Shown here piece by piece: positions 1 through 7,551 of a stretch of 35,368 nt of DNA. Position numbers and translations under genes: made by a program. A model generated the notes under the pieces. It saw nothing but the letters and a program-made list of their open reading frames with translations. It had not been told where the DNA came from and made no database searches. Each line of letters opens with the position of its first letter. Within the stretch, counting starts at the first letter, position 1. The DNA lies in the NCBI GenBank assembly GCA_010093605.1, contig MU004182.1:1831032-1866399 (forward strand), in the 5' to 3' direction. The DNA is from Lophium mytilinum. Taxonomy: Eukaryota.

Positions 1-52
1 GATGCCTCTCGTGATTTATTGACAAGGCATCTTTTGAAGGCCCAGTTGAAGC

Positions 53-1633
53 CTAGGTCGGCCGAATGATTTGGAAATCAACATTGACGTCCATGAAAGC
101 TTTCGCCACATTTTTCTGCTCCAAGCTCCCAGCAAACTCCACCTCCTGAATATCCTCAACCAACCGAACCTCATCGGTAGGCGGATGACGAATCGTAAAC
201 CTCCGCAGCGCGGGCAGATTCCCGGCACGGACGCTCTCCAGAATCTGCTGCACGCGCATCTCAGCCTTCTTCCGATTCACTCTCGCCCAGAGATCCGTGA
301 CGACCAACTCCTCCAAACACCGCGGCAGCAGGTCCGGCACACCCTCGACGCTGAAATCATATCCCCACAGCATCGCCGCAGCAATCTCGAAGTGCTTCAA
401 GTTCCGAAAGCCGGCCAGCGAGCCGATCGTTCGCTGAACCTTGCAAATCGTCCCTCCATGTTTGTCGCGCCCGTCGATGACGAGCGTCTCAAGGGTGCGG
501 TTCTGCGTCATAAGGGCCTGCATGAAGCGCCGGTTAAGCATGCCGCTCTCGGAGATGTGCAACGAACGAAGTTTCTTGCAGGTTGCGAGCGCCTTGCCAA
601 AGCCGCGGGACATGGATGCGTCGCCGTTGTCGGAGAGTCGCAAGGTGTGGATTCCGGAGAGGTCCTTGTCTGTGTTGGGAGCTGGCTTGAACGTGTATTC
701 ATCGCCAGGGCGAAATCCCGCCCGTCGGATGTGCAACACGGACGGTAGGGACATCCACGGGCTATCGGATAGGTCATGATTCAAGCACTGCGGCCCGGCG
801 ATATCAACCTCCTTCAGCTTCGCGAACGTCTGCCGGAGAGGCGAACAGAGGTCTGAGGCTCCGTCGTGCACCCACGGGGTCCGCGTGGCGAGCAAGGCTG
901 CTTGCGCCAGCGCGCTGCTCAGATCCGGCCACCCGAAGCGCGTGAAGTGGAGTTTGAGGCGTGAGATGTTGGGGACCATGGAGAGCAGCACGGCGAGGAC
1001 GGCGTCGAGGCTACCCATGCGGAGGGCGTTGACCCAAAAGTTGGTCTGGTAGTAGCCGTATGATGCTTGCCCTGCGTTGCCGGAGGAAGGTTTGCAGAAG
1101 GTGTGGCCGTATGGTAGCGCCGCGGCTATGGCTTCGTCTACGAGTGTCTGGACGGTTTGGGGGTCGATCTCCTCCAGGTCTCGCCATCGATCAAGGTGGT
1201 CTTGGGGTTCGCGACGGGGGTCTTTTAGCGAGCGGAGATCGGTGTACGTGATGGATTTGACGAGGTTGGCCAGGTCGGGATATGTGTGGAGGGTAGTGAT
1301 GAGCTGGGCCATTCGTACCCTGTCGTCGTCAGAGGATGTGAAGGAGATGTCTCGGAAAAGTGCTTCACTTCCGATTGCGTTTATCCGCTTGGATACTAGG
1401 GATAGGTTGGCGAGATCGATGCTTGGTATGCTTTCTGCTACTTGGAGAAGAAGCTCATTGGGGAGTGACAGAAGCGGAGCGAGCGAGGCTGGCTGGGGAT
1501 GCTCGCTGGGTAGCACGGTTGAGCTAGGAGAGCTTTCTAGCACCTCCAGCTCCTCTCGTTCTGGCATATGTAAATCAGGTGCTGTAGGGGCTGTATGAGC
1601 ACCCAAAAGGAGGGACTGAATGTCTGGTAGCAT
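53..1633 (-). CDS. F-box domain protein with C-terminal LRR/RNI-like repeats, 526 aa, intronless
   Basis: Long ORF. F-box motif PLLSLPNELLLQVAESIPSIDLANLSLVSKRINAIGSEALFRDI, followed by LxxLxL segments (ISRLKLH, IHTLRLS, LRSLHIS, LETLVID, LKHFEI, LEELVV). The true start could be a downstream Met (MPERE). Confidence 0.85.
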   Translation of the reverse strand: MLPDIQSLLLGAHTAPTAPDLHMPEREELEVLESSPSSTVLPSEHPQPASLAPLLSLPNELLLQVAESIPSIDLANLSLVSKRINAIGSEALFRDISFTSSDDDRVRMAQLITTLHTYPDLANLVKSITYTDLRSLKDPRREPQDHLDRWRDLEEIDPQTVQTLVDEAIAAALPYGHTFCKPSSGNAGQASYGYYQTNFWVNALRMGSLDAVLAVLLSMVPNISRLKLHFTRFGWPDLSSALAQAALLATRTPWVHDGASDLCSPLRQTFAKLKEVDIAGPQCLNHDLSDSPWMSLPSVLHIRRAGFRPGDEYTFKPAPNTDKDLSGIHTLRLSDNGDASMSRGFGKALATCKKLRSLHISESGMLNRRFMQALMTQNRTLETLVIDGRDKHGGTICKVQRTIGSLAGFRNLKHFEIAAAMLWGYDFSVEGVPDLLPRCLEELVVTDLWARVNRKKAEMRVQQILESVRAGNLPALRRFTIRHPPTDEVRLVEDIQEVEFAGSLEQKNVAKAFMDVNVDFQIIRPT

Positions 1634-2101
1634 AGAGCCTGATGCTGCCTGAAGTGAATGATATGATGAGTAGGCAATCAGCTAACTTGTTGAGTAGTGG
1701 GTGAGGTAGGTTGTGTGCTGGCAGCTGATGATCCTCAGGTCTATGCAGTGATCGATAGGCTGCTATATAGTGGAAACTTTGTTGTCAGGCTAAGTGTAAG
1801 GACAATGTGAAGTGAAAGTACGTGTAAGTAGAATGTGAATATTATGTGGCTCCAGGCATACACGGCTCTACCTGAACATCACTCTCGGATTGCTTGATGT
1901 CAGCGCAGGATGGAAGCTGTAAGTTCACTCCTTCCGAATCAGGTTCTTGTCCTTTATAAGTTCGCTCTGCTGGATCTCTCGAAGTGCACTGCAACCAGTG
2001 AGTCAAGTCAGCCACCACCCACCACCACCACCAGCCATACATTGCCAACAAACACTCTTGTACAACTACACAGTCAGCTCTGATCTATTGAACCAGCTTC
2101 A
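1634..2101. promoter_or_regulatory. 468-bp shared divergent promoter region between two F-box genes
   Basis: Start codons at 1633 (-) and 2102 (+) point away from each other. TATA-like words TATATA at ~1764 and TTTATAA at ~1953. Confidence 0.5.
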
Positions 2102-3559
2102 ATGTCTCTCATGAAAGGATTACCGACGGAGTTGCAGCAAATGATCTTCGAGTATCTCCCTAGCATTGACCTAGCGGCAGTCTCCGTATCTTCAAAGAAG
2201 CTGCATTCGACTGTCGAGCATGTTCTCTACCATTCATTAGTCTTCGAAAAATGCTCACATGAGCTCGACGAGCGGCCTTGCATAGAATGGGAGCAAAAAG
2301 CCTGGAACAGACTGATGGTTTTGCTCGAGACCATGGTGAAGCGTCCTGACCTAGCTTCACATATCCGTATCTTTGAGTTCGAAGCCCATGGAAATTTCGA
2401 AATAGATGTCTTCGATGACAGAGCGGATAAGGATTGGAGCAACTACTATGACTGCTCAGTTAAACGGCCGTCTTCAGAGATGATGCGACACCTAAAAGAC
2501 GTGATGCCGGGAATAAGACTCCACGAAAACCAGTTCACCAACCACTTGTTCGTAGAGAGATGGATCAAAGATATCCAGAATTTCGATTGGGATGCAGCCA
2601 TAGCATTGGTCTTAGCGCTAGGCAACAATCTCCAGTCCATTAAGATCGCCGAACAATGCGACGGAAAGGACTGGATCTTGAGCCATCACCATTCGCTTCG
2701 GTTCCCCGAGTATGTTCCTCTAGTAGCCGGAGCTGCAGCAATGTCGAAGCGCATGCCAGGCGAGAGGAAACTTCTGGCGAATCTCCAGCAAGCTGAGGTT
2801 CCAAACTATCGTATGGTGGACTTGTGTCCGAACCCATGGATACATGTTCCCTCAATACGCGAACTCACAATGTCAACTCTATTCCCAGAGTTTCGATTCT
2901 GGAGGGGCCCTCCCTCTATCAGGTTGAACGCGGTGGAGACGGCGAATTGCGCTTTACACGTACTGGACCTGTCGTTCGTCACCCTCGAACAATATGACTT
3001 CGAGAGCTTCCTGAAATCGTGTGGCGGTAGTCTTCGTGACTTGAGGTTGACGTCTCCGAGGTTGACGTCTCTAGAGGAGCACGGGAGGTCTCCCAACATC
3101 TGGAAGGCGGTTTCCGCGCATGCGCCAAACCTGGAAAGGCTGACACTTGAGGATTGTGTTATGCGGGATGATGCCCAAGAGCGAGACCTGAGTACTTTGC
3201 TGCATCTGAGAACATTCGTCTGCTCATATAGCTCCAGGTTCTCTCCTGATTTGAACCCTGCGACGGACGACCCCAACTGGTACTGTTTGCTGCCTCAGGG
3301 GCTAGAGGAGTTGGCAATCACAGGCTGCCCCGAGACGCCCAAGGGCTGGGATCTCTTCGATTCGGTAGAGTCACTCGTCGACACTACGCTTTCCGGACGA
3401 TTCCCCGCATTGCGGAGCATTCAAGTTGATTTCCACCTCTTGTGTGGCCCAAACTTTAGGACAGAGTTCAAGCGAGCTGTTACAGTTGCACGCTGTCAGG
3501 AGATGACACGCATGTCAGGGCAGAAGGTGCAAGTCAGCACTAACGCTGCGGATGCGTAG
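2102..3559 (+). CDS. F-box domain protein with C-terminal LRR/RNI-like repeats, 485 aa, intronless; paralogue of 53..1633
   Basis: N-terminal F-box LPTELQQMIFEYLPSIDLAAVSVSSKKLHSTVEHVLYHSL. LxxLxL repeats (IRELTM, LHVLDLS, LRDLRLT, LERLTLE, LEELAIT). Confidence 0.85.
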   Translation: MSLMKGLPTELQQMIFEYLPSIDLAAVSVSSKKLHSTVEHVLYHSLVFEKCSHELDERPCIEWEQKAWNRLMVLLETMVKRPDLASHIRIFEFEAHGNFEIDVFDDRADKDWSNYYDCSVKRPSSEMMRHLKDVMPGIRLHENQFTNHLFVERWIKDIQNFDWDAAIALVLALGNNLQSIKIAEQCDGKDWILSHHHSLRFPEYVPLVAGAAAMSKRMPGERKLLANLQQAEVPNYRMVDLCPNPWIHVPSIRELTMSTLFPEFRFWRGPPSIRLNAVETANCALHVLDLSFVTLEQYDFESFLKSCGGSLRDLRLTSPRLTSLEEHGRSPNIWKAVSAHAPNLERLTLEDCVMRDDAQERDLSTLLHLRTFVCSYSSRFSPDLNPATDDPNWYCLLPQGLEELAITGCPETPKGWDLFDSVESLVDTTLSGRFPALRSIQVDFHLLCGPNFRTEFKRAVTVARCQEMTRMSGQKVQVSTNAADA

Positions 3560-4143
3560 ACGAGTATTATGATCGACTTCGTTTATGGGAAGGAATACGT
3601 ATCTTCGGTATCTCAGGAAGATATACCGACTGATACTGATAGATTCCAGGTTCAGGTAGGCTACTCGGATCTGAGTTATGTGGGGCGCAATATTCTTGGA
3701 TGTACGGGTTTACACAAAGGACCGACATACATACGATTCCCCTTGAACAAGGGGTAGTCTAAGACTGATTGTAATTAGCGACTACTTTATGGAATCTTGA
3801 ATAAAAACATACAGATAATTAGCGATTGTTGCCCAAGCGGAAAGTGATTTCTCGCGCGCACGTGCTACCCAGCCTTCCACAGTGGTATGTACCCTCAAAT
3901 CTTACTAGGGAAAAGAGGTGCGCAACTAGGTTCCAGGGTATTTCCGTCAATACGCTTGAATAGTTCGATGTGGATGAAGTTGCGTAGCTGAGCATCTGTG
4001 TATCCGAGGCGCTCATTCAGCGGTTATTGCGCGCACAACCAACGGGGAGGGCCCAATTCGTACTTAATAAAAACAATTGGCGTCATTGAGTGTACATGAG
4101 TGGGTAGATAGGTGAATGGCGAAGTACGCAAGCAAGAAGAGGC

Positions 4144-4153
4144 AAAAAGAAAA
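4144..4153 (-). terminator. Pol III-type oligo-T terminator (TTTTCTTTTT)
   Basis: T4-C-T5 on the minus strand about 20 nt downstream of the tRNA-like 3' end. Confidence 0.5.
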
Positions 4154-4172
4154 CATCTCCAAATCTTTCCCC

Positions 4173-4443
4173 AACCCCACCGGGAATCGAACCCGGCACC
4201 ATTGTAATTCCTAAGACGGGTCGATTTCGAATCCGCCTGGCTTAGTATAGGAGCGGCGACGGATCACATACTGTATGTCGTATCCTGGGTGTCAACTCCA
4301 CTAAGCCATTAGGAGACCGTACGGGTCATCTTAAGAATTGATTGTTGAACAAAATAGTTTACTACTTACAGCCTGAAAGAATGCGCCACACTTTAGCTTA
4401 GTAAATTCAGAGGACGCTAAAAGGTGAATGCGTGCCATGGGGA
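4173..4443 (-). ncRNA. Candidate structured, probably Pol III, ncRNA with a tRNA-like T-arm and acceptor-like closing helix; not a canonical tRNA
   Basis: Minus strand: T-arm CCGGG-TTCGATT-CCCGG (4196-4180) containing B-box GGTTCGATTCC; A-box-like TGGCTTAGTGG (4308-4298). The 5' end CCCCAT-GGCAC-g-CATT (4442-4427) is complementary to AATG-GTGCC (4203-4195) and GTGGGG (4180-4175). Internal 13-bp helix 4339-4327/4218-4206 and 9-bp helix 4308-4300/4246-4238. Downstream T-run. Confidence 0.6.
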
Positions 4444-6017
4444 TATGTGTGATCAAGATAATCCTACTGTCTAATATGTGGGACGGAGATATCAAACCTG
4501 GACTACATGTGGTTACATGCTTCTGATGCCATCTTTCCCCTCAGAGGCTCATGCATACACGTCTACCATGATCCACCATCCCGTTGAGCGAACGATGTTC
4601 CTGATAGTGATCTCTTGTCCATACTAAAGATGATGAAAAGGGCTCATAAGGATCGTAGATGCCTAACATTTGATGAGAAGTATATGTTGAATGCAGGCGG
4701 TGGAGACCGATATTATCCCTACCTCATTATGGGTGGAGATTGTCTTATTCGAATGCTCCACTGTGCCACCTAACTCCGCCTAGTATCATGATGGGCGGAA
4801 ACGAATTGTCTTCCATGTTACGCTCTTTCGCTGCTGTCAAAAAGGCCTCCCTACAGGTTTCTTCAAGATAGCGGGATTGGAGACTCGGTTAGCTTTGATG
4901 AATACCTTGACGGTTCCAGCCGACGCATTGGCGTCGAGTTGTAAAGGTGTCGAGGGGCCGTTAGAATACACAAATAGAACGGAAGCTCGGACCGCAAGCG
5001 GGCAACGTCTGTTCAACAGCCCCATCCTGCTACAGCGTCTTCATCCTCCGCCATTTATCGACGCCCTCGCAACTGCATTACTAGCTGATCATTCCGTCAT
5101 CTTGCTAATATATCCCCAAACCCTGACTTCAACTTTGAGATGGCTTTTTGACGCTGACTGGCTAAAGTGAGTCGAAACGATGAAAGAACATCCACCTGGG
5201 GTGACAGTCGAAATGTCTTTCAGATTCTCCACTAAGCTCAGCGAATTTTGAGGCTGTAGTATGGCATGAGTGGTCGCTCTTCCAACTGGTTTCGTTTTCG
5301 AAATGCTCTAAAGTCGTGTCTTCTTCTCAGGAAGTACCAATCGATGTTCTGTTCATCCTGCGACCATTATACTCCCGCCTAAAACCATACCTACAGTTAA
5401 CCAGCCTAGCTGAGAGCTTTTGTCAGAGCCTGATCTTGAAATAGGAAATGGGCGCTGAACCTCGCCTTTCGGGAAATCCAACACGCTTCAACCAACACAG
5501 CCCCGCGGAACGCCCCGAGGTGCTGTTCGCTGCAATCGGCCCCAGAGGACCCAAACACCACACCCTTCCACGTTCCCACACTTTTCGAGCACCTTTGTCC
5601 AGGAAAAGCCTAAAAGACCGTGCCGATTGTTTTCTTCGTTTCAAGATCAGGATACTCGGCTTTGACAGCGCCAGGCATCGTCATCGCATGACGAAATGGT
5701 CTAATCATATCCGCGGGTTTTGTTGGACAAATAGCAACTCACCTACTGTTTCCTACGGCTGGAGCCTCTTGACATGGAGCTGTCCTAGTTGGATGGGTAT
5801 CAATGCTTCTCCTGGGGCCTTCATTTTCTAGTATTGTCTCGTAATGCGAGTGGCTTTGAACCCTTTCCGCCCCCACTTACTGGACGGCGAAAAAAATCAA
5901 CGGATTAAGCTTTCCAGCCCAGAAACTGATCTCTCCGAAACGTGACCCATGCTTCTTGAAAGTGCTCCCAGAAGCTTGTTCCAAACGTAGATCCCAACCC
6001 ATGGAGCTGGCCTCAGA

Positions 6018-6023
6018 TATAAA
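6018..6023 (+). promoter_or_regulatory. TATA box of the small secreted protein gene
   Basis: TATAAA 127 nt upstream of the ATG at 6145, followed by pyrimidine-rich leader sequence. Confidence 0.45.
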
Positions 6024-6144
6024 GTCAACAGTTCTTTGCTTTAGGTACTCAATAATCTACCCAATTGATACTCCAGCATATGCAGCTATATCTTCCACAG
6101 TCTCTTCAGCTCTCACCACCGTTCTCCATTGACTTGACGTCGAA

Positions 6145-6840
6145 ATGCACCTTTGTATCATTCCCATCTTTGTTCTTCTACTCGCCGGTTTCTCGGAGGC
6201 AGCGCCATGGAAGCATTGGCACGGTTATGAAAAGGCATCGACGACGACCTTGGTATCCACAACTCCAGCGTGGCATAAACATCACCACAAGCCGACTGGC
6301 GGGTGGTTGCCGTTCGTACTTCTTTTACTCGGTCTGAACGGACATACGAGGTTAATTTTTCTTCTAGTCACCAACCGCCAAATTGTGCGGCCGTGACAGC
6401 CTCAGCTCCACCGTTAACATGCATAACACCACACAAACCGTGAGTTCCAATCTACAATCATGTATACTACCGTTACTAATTCTAGCGCAGCCCTCACTCT
6501 ACAGCGACGCCTCCTCCCCACGTTCCTTATCCAACAGACGGGCCCGGCGGATGGAAGGAACCGTACTGCTGGTCCAAGATCCTCGACGATGGGCCTCATC
6601 CCACCCACCACAAATTCCATTACGGTGACTTCTTGCCTTGGCCTAAAACAACGTAAGCCATCCCAAAGATCCCCGGCATTTGATGTTCTTTCTGACTTTG
6701 CGGTGATTAGAATTATTCCGTGCTATCCTGTCACGGGGTCAGGTACAGTCCACACCAAAGTGACCGACAGGCCAACTTGGGCAAGCTCTGGAAACTGGCC
6801 TATCCCCACGCAGCCACCTGTGTACATTCCAGTTTATTGA
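6145..6840 (+). CDS. Small secreted His/Pro/Thr-rich protein, 176 aa; exons 6145-6311, 6368-6439, 6491-6652, 6711-6840
   Basis: Signal peptide MHLCIIPIFVLLLAGFSEA-AP. Three phase-2 introns: GTTCGT..GTTAAT..TAG (56 nt), GTGAGT..ACTAAT..CAG (51 nt), GTAAGC..CTGAC..TAG (58 nt). Splicing gives a 531-nt stop-free frame ending ...PTQPPVYIPVY*. Confidence 0.75.
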
Positions 6841-7551
6841 AGGATTATGTTGAAGGTTTCTGTCTTCATGGAATAAGTGGATCTTGTGAGCAGAGATTAT
6901 GCTATGCTTCGCATTGAGGATGGTGTCTTTCGTCTGAAAACATCACCAAAGTCTATTCGTCGGGGCTCGACATGCTTTGATAGGATCGTGAAAGATCTCG
7001 CTATCTCTAACTGCATTCTCGCGCCTCAATGTCTCTGGAAAGCTTGTTTTCACAAAGCAAGAACGCCATATCAGTGTTCAGTTCAATTCGTGCAGTGTGA
7101 ATCTGAAACACGGCCTCTGATTGGTCGATCGTGCTCGTTGGAATATTTCCCTTCCAGTTTCCCAAAAACCCTTGAAAGTGATGGCTATGCTTAGATGGCC
7201 AGCTGAGCACAAGCGTCTGCTATCTAGGATTCTTTGTTATTTGTGCTATGTCCTTGGATTAAAATATCTAGGGATTATGATATGGCAACCTTCCAAGTGA
7301 TAGCGCTCGAGCGCTCAAACTCTTGGCATCTCCGCTCGCATCTCCGCGTCCCATCTGATCGTCAGACTTCGCAGCTCTCGCGCTCTCAATTTGTCCCAAC
7401 AAGATGCTCCAATTCACCAAAAGCATCGGCCGACTTGCCTTATGAGGCGGCACCCAATTGCGATATGTTAGCACAAGTCATCTATTCTGGCTGTAGGTCA
7501 TCCGTTGAAATTTTTTGAAGACTCGACCCATTGACTCAATCACAGTGTGGA

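Noticed and set aside
71..1598. Plus-strand ORFs 71..748 and 1077..1598, and similar antisense ORFs over the helicase, P450 and MFS genes
   Set aside because: Shadow frames of GC-rich real genes with no recognisable motifs.
4173..4320. Canonical tRNA gene with a 37/38 intron, e.g. Ser(CGA) suggested by GATTCGAAATC
   Set aside because: No matching 7-bp acceptor 5' strand precedes the A-box-like motif, no 5-bp anticodon stem forms, and position 48 would be G. Only the T-arm is canonical.
4236..4380. SRP RNA (AGGCTGTAA word), 5S rRNA-like words (ATACGAC, GATCC.GTC, TAAGCCAG), or a group I P7 / group II domain V identity for the structured RNA
   Set aside because: No SRP helix-8 motif, no 5S box C/3' half, and the P7 and domain V geometries do not fit. 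The similarities are short and recalled from memory only.
4837..5831. Short ORFs (62-127 aa) and CGG/CCG-rich words upstream of the secreted protein gene
   Set aside because: Mostly non-ATG starts, no motifs and no consistent splice model. The putative transcription-factor sites are too short to support.
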